From contig NW_019091356.1 in assembly GCF_001949145.1 (NCBI RefSeq), positions 3,194,713 through 3,258,712 on the forward strand: a DNA stretch of 64,000 bases, given 5' to 3'. The position numbers were made by a program, and so were the translations under genes. Below the pieces are notes generated by a model. That model had not been told where the DNA came from. It was given only the letters and a program-made list of their open reading frames with translations, and made no database searches. Positions 26,302-38,673 of this stretch are shown piece by piece; position 1 is the first letter of the stretch; the number at the start of each line of letters is the position of its first letter. Origin of the DNA: Acanthaster planci (taxonomy: Eukaryota).

Positions 26302-27467
26302 GTCGGTTGAAGGATATTACAACTCCAAAGTTCAGTCAGTGTGTTTTGCACAAGGGTTTGATATCTCCACTTGTTTGCTTCATAGAGTTGAACTTGCAGG
26401 TGACAAGATCCCTTTCATATTTTAGCTTTCCTGTAATACTGGTACATGTAATTTGTAAACCTACGGTTGGTTGGCATTTGCACACCGGAAGTTGGTGACA
26501 CATACAGCACCAAAACACACCTTTTTGTAAACACTTGCTGCATTGTCTTCGTGTCACTCCAGAATATTGAAATAATTCTTCTATTTTTGACTGGACAGCC
26601 CCTAAGTATTTTGCAGACACTGTGCATTTATTTTGGTTTCTCTAGTCTGCCTACCGGTATGCATCTAGTGGATAATGTTAGAATGTGTACATGTACATGT
26701 GTGTACACATTTGTGCACGTTCTTTCCCCTTGTAGTGATAGCTGGATATATAAAGTTGGGGCACTTGTGTAGTTTGCAGTACATATTGAGCACCTACCGT
26801 GAAGAACATTGAGGTTTGCGGTATATGTTTAAAAGTAGCACCCTACAGGCCTACCAGCGGGTGTACAGAATTAAGTCCTTGGTTCTTGTTTGGTTTAGGT
26901 TCTGTCAAAAGAGTTGATAAACCAGCTGTGATAGGGAGAGACCCTTTAAGTTAAGGCTGAATACGGGTCTGTCTGCTCCCATTCACTTGGCATCACACAT
27001 TTGGCTTCGGGCAACCAACCCTCTTTCAATTTCAAGAGCTCTGAACGATACTTTGGATGTCCTCACAGCAGTAGCAGTTTATAGCGGTCTGGTACTGTAC
27101 ACCAGGAACTCATTTTGTATGCATTTATTCGGGGCTTTGCCGATCGAAGCCAGGATGAATGGTTGGAATTGGAGGAAGCTTAAATGTCAGCCCGTTCTTA
27201 TTTTGACAGGCTGATGCGGACATGATGAAAATAAACTCTTAATCCATTACAAACAATGTTTGATTAGCGATTTGTTTTTCTTGCTTCAAGCCACAGTGCA
27301 TTACAACCCAGACCTTTGTTTTCTACCCCTCTGTGGTGAAGCATTTCAATGACCCCATTCCAGGATCTGATTCTTAAGAGAAAGCCCCTCTGAAACTGCT
27401 ATTGTAAGCCGAGTTTGGTTGTACAAACAAACAGTGATTTCTTTTATACTTTCATGTTAGTGTTGAA

Positions 27468-27598
27468 CATGAATTCTTAAAGGGGGAAATTTATTTAACC
27501 TTAAGAAGTGTTTTAATGATGGTCTTACGTACATGAATTCTTAAGAAGGAAATTTATTGAACCTTAGGCGTTTTAATGATGGTCTTACAAACATGAAG
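27468..27598 (+). repeat. Imperfect tandem duplication, ~62-bp unit x2
   Basis: CATGAATTCTTAA..GGAAATTTATT.AACCTTA..GTTTTAATGATGGTCTTAC occurs twice. Confidence 0.75.
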
Positions 27599-30500
27599 TT
27601 CAAGGAATTACATTTTATTGCTATGATGTACATTAACGTGACATACAGTACCAAATGAAGGTAACAGAAATAGGGTACCCCTAGCTAGAATTTTCTGTTT
27701 TAGCATGATTTTTTTTTAAAAATAAACTACACGTTACAGATCACAGCTAATCGTAGAATGTAATTGCTAATACGTAGGGAGGAGTTGTTGTTACTAGACT
27801 GACGTATTCAACACATTTTAAGTTTTAGTTTCATATTTTAATTGTCCCTGGAATTCAAATTTTGAAACATGCGAAGACCAAAGCCTCCGAGGATACTTCA
27901 ACAGAAATAAGGGCACGCTAATGATCACGCTAATGAAATTCGATCTGTCGGATCAAGCATCTCTACCCTACTGCAGCGGCTGCGCAGGTTTTGCCTGCAT
28001 TTTGCCATGGATCTGTTGACTTAAAAGTGAATGTATATTTTTTGTTTGGTTGAGCACCACTATAAATGGACTTGCGACACTGAAGACGAATCGCGGTCTG
28101 GTTTTGTTTATTCTTGTTGTGAAATCTCAGCTGCAGTCAGGTAATAAGAGGGTACTTGGCATTATTGTCTTTGTCACAGTGTAAGCGCATAATAGGTTTG
28201 GTTTTAGTCATATATGTACACTGTACACGTAGGTCTACACTGTACATATAAAATATTGACCCATAAAACAGTGCTCTTTCCTCTGTCAATATTTTTGTAT
28301 CTTGTACCGGTACTTTTGATTTGCAAACTTGAGTGAAATTAAATCTCAACTTTGCATACAGAATACATGTACATTCTTTGTGTTCAACTTTTACAATTGC
28401 AGCCGGCTTTTGTACGTAACTTACATTTGGTTCATTTTGTAAAGCCATCAGATCTTTGTACAGTGTGTTTTATAAGCTGAAAGACTTAAGTTTCAGCTGT
28501 CAGGTGTGAATTAGAAACTTACATGTTTATTGCTTTAACTTTAAACCATATTTGATGCTGCCGCCAATTGCCACTCTGTATTTTGATGTACATGTATGTG
28601 CAAGTTTGTGTACACCTGTAGTTTAGATGAAGGTTTTACATCGTTATGGACTGGTGTTTTTACCTGTAGTTCCAAACTGACTTTCCAACCTGTACAGAAA
28701 TTTCACCCTACAGTACGGCACATGTGTGTACATTATGTACATGTTGAATGTTCATACATTTCAAAACTCAACCTACACTGCATAATATACATTGTTCTTG
28801 TATCGGGACATTAGTGTTGTATTTTGAGCCAGCCCGCAACCAGGGACTGTGAAGTAGACATCTGAAGAGTACAGTTCACAAGTAGTTGCTGACAATCCGT
28901 TTGCACAAGTTCTTTTTGGCCAGCCAGCCAGCCACATTGAACATTTCCTATTGTCAGATGGTAAGACTATCCCCCTTGTGTCTCAGGAAATCGCCAGGGT
29001 CACCTGTTGACCCATTCCTGTTGTGTGGGTTTTTTGTGGGGGGGGGACAGAGAAACCAGAAAGCAAGTGTGGTAGGCAGCAAGTACAAGTGATTCATTCT
29101 GTAAACATTTGCCAGCTGAATACTTCAAATTGCCTCTGTGCCGCAGATTGTCCATTGTTGAAATACACTGCGGCATTAACTGACCGCACACAAAAGACTT
29201 TGCCATCCTGAAAGTGACAAAAAAAAGTATCACATATCAGTAGATTTTATTGGTCATTAATTTATTTCACAGTGAAAGTGACCAAGAGAAAGAATTCTGA
29301 TTTATGTCGGAAGGGAGGACGATGATGTTCCTCATGTGCACTTTACTGGTACCAGTGGCGGATGTTTGAAATAACTCATTCTAATTAGAATGAAAACTAC
29401 TTTATAGCATTCCCAACAAGGACATAAAACTGAATCCCATGTGGCTCTGGTGACAGTAACCTTTGATTTGCCATACCAGCACCGTTCAGCTCCTCCTGGG
29501 TCCCCATGAAACCTACTACTGTAACACTGCATTATGCATTTGGAGCCATAAACAGCCGCATGTATGCGTACTGTATGTGTACATCGAGCCCGGGGAAAAA
29601 AATTCCATCACCGTAGAGTCCATTTTCTATGAATAACCTGACAGATATCAAACTGAGAATTGCCAAGCGTCTGTAACTCAACACCGGAGGGATGACCAGC
29701 CAACTCCAGTAGCCCTTCAGCAAGTGAGTCACAGTGCGTCTCTCTCCCCGAGTGAGCGACACTCTCTGAATACTACCCGTAGACGATCCCAGCTGTGAGT
29801 GCCTGAATGGAGCCCAGTCCTGCAGTTGCCGGGAATGCACATTATAGGGTGTCACAAACAGTGTTTAGATTTTGCAGCGATGGAATTTGCCCTTTCATAG
29901 AGGGCTTTTGTTGGTCTGCCCTCAGGTGTCATTGTTCACGAACAAATGCTTGAATTTTTTTCTCTCTGTTCCACATACATGTACATGCACATGTACACCG
30001 CTTTAATATGAAGCTGCACTATCAACACGATGAAAAGTGGAACTGCAGTTTTGTTTTCCTAACAAGGGAAAGTGTTCTTGAAATGACAAACTGAAATGAG
30101 ATTTGTTACATTGCGTGGGCAGCCAACAGCTTTTATGCACATACCACTTTGTACATGGATTGACTGTTTCTGTGTTGTGCAGGTATAGATCCGTAGTTGT
30201 GTATCTTCTTTCCTTGTTGAAAGGATGGTCCCCTTATTAGGTGATTCTGTAATGGAAAAATGGATTATGAGATAAGCATGAATAGACACAGAGTCTGACC
30301 ATACAAGTGCATATACATGTATGTGAACTTGTGACATCCACGGCGAGATCACATACATGTACATGTAAACATGCATGATGCACTGAAACCAAGCACATGT
30401 TGAATCAGTGCCTTTAGTAAGAGGCTACAACTGTATATGTTTAGAATCTCATACTTGTCTGGAACTTAAATGAACAATGTTATTATTACAGCTAATTTCC

Positions 30501-30866
30501 TTGATGTTATCGGCAATTAGGTCTGCCCCAAGCTCCTGGCAGCATTTGTTCAATGCTCTTTTTGGGTTGGTTCTAACTAGAGGAAGTTTAGGAAACGGAG
30601 TGACGATTTGTCATCGGCACGGCAAATCCTGGTGGAAGGAAACCCAGCTTCCTCAGGGATGCCCACAGATCCTGTTTGTGTACCCTGCCATGTTCTCAGT
30701 TTTTGATTAAGTCCATGCGTCCAGACTAATAGTTAAAGTTAAAGCAAAACGTGACCGTCCCAACAACATGAGGCGGCAGTCAGCAGAGCCAGCCTTGGGT
30801 TAAGAGATCTAGCGCAGTGTGGATTAGGAGGAATTTTTTTCCCTTTTCACCTGGATGTCAATCTTA

Positions 30867-31115
30867 GGCCGTGTCCGAAACGGGCTTCCAGAGCTACAGC
30901 TAGGTCTATTGTCTGCACGTCTCCATGCATTTCCAATGGAGCGAAGACCTAGACCTGGCTCTAGACAACAGATGCAACAGATGCAGCCTTAGGCTACTTC
31001 CCTATCATCTGGGCGGCTGGGTCTAGATGTTCACCTGTTGGAAATTTGCAGAAACAGGCTGACAAGTGACAGCGGACCTAGTTGTAGCTCTGGAAACTCG
31101 TTTCGAACACGGTCT
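30867..31115. mobile_element. PIF/Harbinger(Tourist)-like MITE plus adjacent diverged inverted copy
   Basis: TTA|GGCCGTGTCCGAAA...GATGCAGCC|TTA (30867-30988), then a degenerate copy ending GTAGCTCTGGAAACTCGTTTCGAACACGG; same family as 43903-44143. Confidence 0.7.
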
Positions 31116-32479
31116 GGGTACTGCATCAAAACAAAGAGCACAGTAGAATTCATAGTCAAAGAAAATGGTTGGGCCTTATGGCTCATATTGTGGGATCCAG
31201 TCACCTGCTATTCAAGAATTAAAAGAAAAATACACCAGTCTCAGAAAGACCATGGACATGTAAGTAGCATATTTGTACCTCAAATTCCATCTTTCATTAG
31301 CTGTTCAGCATCAAGCAAATGCATGGTGCGATGAGAGAAACCTGCCGTCGGTTAACCGGTTTGTGTCGTCAGTACTTTGAACCGAGATGAGGAGAGCACT
31401 GTCCAATCAGTTGGGAGAGGCAGGAGGGATTTTGGGTGGAGACAGGGAGATGAGGTTCTCCTGAAGTGGCCCATCTTTTCCATGAGTTCCGGGCACCCGT
31501 CCGTCGCCACATTCTGGGGACGATTGGCCAGAGCCAAAACGTGACATCATTAGGACATGTTGAACAACCCTCAGTCTTTGTTCACTCTTTTTTTCTCTTC
31601 TCACTGGGGAAAGTGCTTAGTGCTGACTGAGACAGGATTTGGATTCTTGCCATCTCTTGGGGCTGATTACTTCAGTGAAGTGGATTTCTTCCCCTCACAC
31701 CCGTTTCATTTCCAACACATGCACCTAGTCACGACTGAAATATTGTAGTGGAGAAACGCAAAGCGATTTCTGAATGGTGTACCCCTTCAAACTCCCTTTC
31801 TCGCATGGCAGTGCGGCCACTTCCTCTTGACAGTCACACCCAGTTCAGTTGGTGGTGTCTTTTTAGTACATCCTTTCACATACCTGCCAATTTCAGGAAA
31901 GTGGAATTGCGTGTTGGTTTTCACAAGCTTCCTGCTGAAGATTTACCTTTCTGTTTTCAAAATGCAGAGAAAATTTGGAGGTTTTTTAATCATACAGTGT
32001 ACAACACAGGAAAATATGTGAACATTGTGATGACTAAAAAAATTGCTGAAACTTGTGTTAAGCTAGACTCAAGTACACATGTCTGTTATTCACTTGATTG
32101 TCTTTTTCATGGAACATGGAACCTCAGGTTTCAGGTTCATTTCCATATTTAGAAGTTAACAAAACTGAATTTATAATAGTATGGGGGAGGTCAGACAAAA
32201 AGTAGAAGCTTGTACTGTGCCCGGCCCCTGTAAGGAGAATATATTTGATTTATAAAATTTTCAGAAAAAATAATAACAATGCAGAAGTGTGAGCCTTATC
32301 TAGCCACAAGACGATATCAAATGTTTAATTCTTTTTGTGCCTGCTGAAAAATTTCTTTGGTCTGTTCAGAAAACACAACAGCAGCAACAACAAAACATTT
32401 TATGTGGGCTCAGATCCCAGCTAAATAATTGCGTTAATTTAATCTTTCATATTGAGTAAGGTCCAGTTTGCATCAAACT

Positions 32480-32737
32480 AATTGTGACCCACTCTGTGAA
32501 AATGAGTCTTAAGTTGCCAGAGCCACTTTGGAGTAAAAAGTCCTTTAGAATAATTTTGCACAGTGAAAACCGATAGGAACTCACAGCAATTTTCACCATG
32601 GAGTATCCACTTTTGTCAGGATGCCAAACTGAGTGATACATCAAAACAAAAACTCAATTTGCTCTTTCCAATACAAATGAAAACTCAAAAAAGTGGCTCT
32701 GGCGACTTACGACTCTTTCACAGAGTGGGTCACAATT
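32480..32737. mobile_element. MITE with ~50-bp TIR
   Basis: AATTGTGACCCACTCTGTGAAA..AAGTTGCCAGAGCCACTTT versus AAAGTGGCTCTGGCGACTT..TTTCACAGAGTGGGTCACAATT. Confidence 0.75.
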
Positions 32738-35700
32738 GCAGGTATAGTACTTGTACATGCTGCATCCATATGACTGATTAATTAATGAACAGCAGCAGGT
32801 TGTTCTTGCCTCAGTGGTGATGGACTGCCGGCGATGTGCAACTGCTGAACGTTTCGCCGAAATGTCTCATCGGTATTGATCAACGGACCTGCTCACGAGC
32901 TGCCCATTCAGCTGGCGATGATTACCGCCTGTTATGATTCGGTCAACGGCATTGGTCATTTGTGGTGGGAGGATGTGGCCAGGATATAGAGTGGGAGGTG
33001 CCTCTACCTTGCAGATCAACCTTCAGCTTCTTGGTCGGTGTACCTGCTGCTTTTCATGTGGGCATGTCTGCTGAGGAACTTGGGAACCAGGTCTTTGAGA
33101 AATGCACCAACATTGTATACGTTCATGTAGTGAATACTAAAGGTACCCGATTGGTTAAGGCAAATGGAGATTTCAGACTACATGTACAATGTACATGTAT
33201 GAGCACCCGTACATAGTTTCTTAACAGGTTTTTAAAAGTGCTTTTAACTTAGAATAAAGCACTTTCCATTATTACCCCTGCTCATTGGGCCCAACATTCC
33301 AAATACCATCTCAGCTCCCTGGGGTAGTATACGTGCTTGATACAGCCATTTCAGCACATAGCAGCGAAATCAACCACAATAGCCAATGCTATTCAGGGCT
33401 TTATAATGTAAAAGAAAAAAAAGAAGCGGCACGCATGCACCCCCATTGCTTGTCGCACTCCGCCTAATAAACGCGCCTTGAGATAAATGAATGGCAAGTC
33501 AGACAAAGAGAAATAAACCACTGGCCGATGCTTCAACAATCAGCGATAATCAACATATGTTGAGATACAACTAAGCTTGTGCGCAGACATGTGATTAGTT
33601 CCTCTTCGAAAAGTCCTCCATTACTCAAGCTGAACAGGGCTGTTGTCTGTCGTCAACGTACGACCGGGGCCTGTTAGGGAAATTTGAGTTGAAATATTTG
33701 TATGGGGGGATGCTGTGTGGAGGAGCTTGTGTTCATTGTCCCTCTGCTGTACATATACTGGTACTTTGGGCAGTTTCTCATGAAGACTTAATTTTTTTAA
33801 GATGTGATGTGAAAAAAGAAAAAGCATTTCTTTCCAAGAAATTACTTATTCATTAAGATGTGTGTTTGTACTCTGTATGTTGATTTTGATAAGACCAAAC
33901 AAAATAACAGTTGCGCTTCCAGTTAATACTCGCCCCAACTTTACAAATCGCACTGACCCCGAAATCTTTTTATTGAAAAAGAAGTAAAAATAAAATAGAC
34001 TGTTGCCTACCCTCGTGCTTATTGCAGGAGTGTGAAATATCTGCTTTTTTGTTGACTATGCCGAATTCCATTTGCCACTTTTTTGCCATCAACAGGCCGG
34101 ATTTTCCTTGTTTTTTTTCCTTGTGTAAATGACGATTTTTCCGTTTTTTGAAAATTTTTCTACCGACGTGACGCGACAGCCAGGTCAAATTTTGCATGTC
34201 CTCGTTTGGACACGGAACAGTACTGGAGCTCCATAATGCAGGTGACTGAATATACTGTACATATACACGCATATGTACGGTACGTGCATACAGTGATTCG
34301 TATCTGTGCGGCTTAAAGCGCAAGCCTTGTGTGAAAACAGCATTCCGAGGCCATCCGGTCATTGTTTTGTGATTGACTGCCAAAGAAAGATTGATATTCA
34401 TACATGTACAAGTCTGATTGGGACTTATTACAGCCCTTCCTGCGTGAGTGGTTAGGTTAGTGATGATTAACGATCTCCACTATAACCCATGATAGCATAC
34501 ATTTCACTGTGAATTTACTGGTATGGCTTGATAAGGTTAGTACTTTTTCGCTTTCGCCGGTAGAGGGTTTCGTGACAACTGGTGTGGGGCACACAAAGTT
34601 ATTGCATCATGCATCATCATGCGGATTTTAAGTGCTCTATGTACATGTACATCGTTTTGTACAAGCTTTCAAACAATTTTTTTACATCCAAATGTTCGTG
34701 CGACAAAAATGTACGAGTATAATTGTATAAGTATAAGAGGTTCTGACTTGGACAATCTTGGACAAGACCGTTCCTCAATTTATGAATCTGCAGAAGAAAA
34801 TCCGGATTGAATACACCATAGACCATCAAAATCAATTTTTAATTACAAAAAAAATTCCCCACCCAAAAATTTTTGACCCAAAAACTTTAGGGAAAAAAAT
34901 TCTACCCACCTACATATGCCAAACCTATTTTTATTTGTCAACGTAATAGGAAGCAAGACTATTATTGTGTTTGGCCTAATTTGATTATCTGTCCTCTTTG
35001 TCCATATAACCAGTGTTGCTTCATTTATAAATTTTTTCCACTTATTGGCATGTCATTTCCTTGTTTTGTTTGAACAAACTTTTCATGTGTATGAATGTTT
35101 ACTGTTTCTATCTGGTTTTTTTTTTTTTTTAACAGGTTTAGTTTCTGTTTTTCCTTAAGTGATTACATGTACATGTATCTTGGATTTTTTGTATATGAGT
35201 TAATTGAGATTTATCTTCAGATTTGATTTGAGAAATTTGTAACATTCAAGTTTTGGCCTTGTTACCTCAAGGTTTTGCGACAGCACTGAAGTTGATTTTA
35301 GTGCAATCCAACACCAGGAAGAAGTATCCACCTCAGGTCATTCCATGGCCTGTGTGTGCTTACGAGGTCTCGCTTTTGTGCGGTCAAATGCAAGGAAATA
35401 GAAGCCCCCAAAATATGCCAACTTGGGACTGGCACAAGTCTAGGATTTCTGGCATCTTACCCATCATGGAGTAATGTCATGCTTTGTGCCTCGCTCACTT
35501 GACTGTGACTGGCGGTGGAAATGATCGCTGATGTCACCTCACCCATCCCCCCTCCCCCACCAATCTGTTCTATTGCTGGATAAAAGCCTCGCTTGTCCAT
35601 TACCGGGGTACATCTTGACCAAAGAGGGACAGGATGGCGAGTGAAAATGGCTCTAGAAAATGAGATTTTGTATACAAAACAGAGCAAGAGCATGTGATTA

Positions 35701-37845
35701 GTTTCTCTGCATGCAGACTCGGACATTGGCAAGGGGCATTTCTAGATGTTGTCGTTTGCCGGGGCAGGAAGGAGGGATGCGCCGTACATGTACAACTGGG
35801 AATACAGGGGATGCTGGAAAACTGGATCATATAGCTTTGTGTCAGTTTGTGGCAAACATGAGCAAGGTTGGGAGGGATTCCGTACTCTCCGCGTTGACAT
35901 TGCACTTTCCTCGGATGTGTGAAACTTCCACTCATGGCAACAGGCCACATGTAGTGTCTAATATACAGGGCATAAACAGACTTTGTGGAAAAAAATTTAC
36001 CCTCTGCAAGCCTTGCAGTGTGAAAATGGATGCGGCTACTTTCGTTTCCAATTTGTGTTCGAGAGTTTTGGACCTGGCCCTTGTCAAAGAACCTCCCACC
36101 CCAACTCCCCCCAAAAAGCCTTCATCTTAAGCAACAGCTTTACAGAGCTTTAAAAAAAACAGCATTCAATATTTGGCAAGACTAAAGCATCAAATTTTAA
36201 AAACTATAAAAATGGTAATCACAGTATTCATTTTACCATATTTTATGTACACTGTTGCAGTCTTTTCAGAAAACTTCCTTTATTTAATATTTTAGTATGC
36301 AAACTTTGCAGATTTACTTCAAATTGCCAAGTTGCCCACTTAAAATGTCTCCATGCTTTAGCCCACTCATTTCAGAAAATTCAGAAGCGATTGAATTTCT
36401 TGTGGCAGGCTTAATAGATTGGAAAGCCCATAGCGCAGGATCATTTGTAAAAGAGCTTCACGTAAAGTATCCAGAGGGCAATATTTCTGAAGTGGAATCT
36501 GCGTCATGGATACTCTAGAAAACATCCCCGAAGTGACGCCCCCCCAAAAAAGAAATTGCGCGGAATAAAAATCCCTGACAAAGAAAGTTGATACGCTATC
36601 AATAATGGTTGTGCTTTTGCACGAATTTGTATGAGCATTTTTTTTTTTGGCATTTGCTTGCTACGTGTATAGAATTACACTTTGGGCAACCATACAGACA
36701 TTTTCCCCGCACCCTGTGTATGTGCTAAATTTTTGTGCTTCGTCTTTGTTTGTTGTGTTTTTTTATTTTTTGGGGATGAGAAAAGGCATTATTGTGTCCA
36801 TGATCGTTGTCCTGTACTAATTAACAGTACAGGTATTCACATCTCCATTAGATATGAAGACATAAACCTTCACAGTGTATTTTCACAAAGGATTTTATTG
36901 TTTCATTTTCACAGTTCAAAGAGGGTTTTTTGGGGGGGGTCTGTTGTTTAGTTCGGGCTCTCACTTTACTTGTACATGTGTACAGTGTCCCCCCACTGTG
37001 TTGAATATGCATTATTTTGAAGACAAACATTGGTAGTGCACATGTACGGATGTGTCATCCTGTGTTCAAAACATGGAACCTCATTGCTACAGTAAGTGTT
37101 TGCGCAAATGTTGCAGATAGTGTACCTGTAATGTATTTTAGGGGACTTGAAAACATGTGTTATAATCATCACATCATTCTCCCAAGTAAATGTACCGTAC
37201 AAGTAATACAGTACATACGCACAAGAAGATCTCAAGCATCTTGTTATGCATGTATATTTTTACCACTGTGATCTTCACTTTCGATACATGTGCTGAAAAC
37301 TGTACGTGAGTACTGTGCACAGCCCAGCTGTGCACTCAGGGAATAAGGAAGTTGGCAATTCACACATACTGCACACACTTCCTGTTACATGTACATTTTA
37401 TTGGCCACCTTGTTTCACTGTTGTATCCAGTACCTCTTGAAAATGCCGGTAATTCATAGTGTTAAACATTATTCTGAATTTTTGTTTTTTATGTACATGT
37501 CCATGTAAATGTACTCTAATTTCCTTATCGGAGTGAGCTGTTTTTTGGGTTTTTTCAAACTCTTTTTGCGTGCTTTTTACCTACAGGAAAAGGATTGCTT
37601 TCACGGAAAAGCATATTGTGTTACCCTACATGTACCTTGTTGAAATGAAGATTCAATTGTGGCTTATTTTCTGTTGTTTTTGCGATGCAGTGTTCGTGCG
37701 TGTGTTTATACACTATCTACTCTCGGCGCTCTGGGTGGGACAAGGAACAATCTGCCCTTGTAATTCAAGTCACTTTGAAATCTAAATCCATGGTGTGAAA
37801 AAAAGACCTGTATATGTACATATACATGTATGTGTTGACATGTAT

Positions 37846-38066
37846 GGGTCATTCTGTAAATTAGGGGTGCAATTCTTTTGGGTCCCTGTCACGCCTGACA
37901 TGATTTTATTCAGAACGTATTTTCTAATTCCAAGAGTGATAAATTAATGCAAATTACCTGCCGAACAAATAGAAATAGTTTGAAATTAATTTAGTGATAT
38001 TCCATGTCAAATTACATGGGTCGGGTATAACAGGGACTTTGGGACCCCGAATTTGTAGAATAACCC
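37846..38066 (+). mobile_element. MITE (GGGT.ATTC..AAATTAGGGGT family), copy 1
   Basis: Imperfect TIR; its interior is the reverse complement of 39124-39368. Confidence 0.65.
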
Positions 38067-38556
38067 ATTTATAAAAATTCGTGTTCTTTTACATTGATGC
38101 TTTTGTAATTATACGGTATTAATTTACAGCGTATCTAATTGCATTTTGTGGAATGGAGAACTGTTAATTTTTTTTTAATATCATTTGAAAATTGTCACAT
38201 TTTGGTCGAGTTTTGTGAAATTCCAAAGTCTGTTTCTGGAATTCCTACCTCAAATGCCTTTACTGATGGCCAACTTATTTCTAGTTTGGCAGTCGGCACA
38301 TAAATTTTCCTCTGGAGAAAATTGTGCATGTAAATCCACAAAAAGAGAGTTTCATTTTATCAACACTGCACCAGATGCTAATTTGTCTTTCAATTGATCC
38401 AATTTTTGTTTTTGTTTTTACAGATCCACTTAATTTTCCTTTTGACTGATTTGATGATAAGGGAAACAAGCCTACATATGCACATCTTCGGTTAAACAGC
38501 CTCCATCTTTCAGGGTTTCTTTATCCGCCAAGAGGAAGCGGAAATTGTCCGTAACC

Positions 38557-38673
38557 ATGGCGATACTTCATTCGCCCTCCGTAGGCCTGGAGGACATGGC
38601 GAAGCTGACGGACCTGCAGGATCACAGCATCTTGGAGAACCTGAAGCTGCGCTACGATCACGACCAGATTTAT
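38557..38673 (+). CDS. MYO10: MYO10 first recognisable coding exon (acceptor at 38513)
   Basis: ACCATGG Kozak context; [48 protein letters not shown]. Confidence 0.88.

Noticed and set aside
17920..38513. Nested protein-coding gene, autonomous transposon or ncRNA in the 20-kb MYO10 first intron
   Set aside because: I found no ORF with transposase, reverse transcriptase or other recognisable motifs, and no tRNA/snoRNA I can support by eye. An Rfam/Infernal scan and BLASTx would be needed to exclude them.
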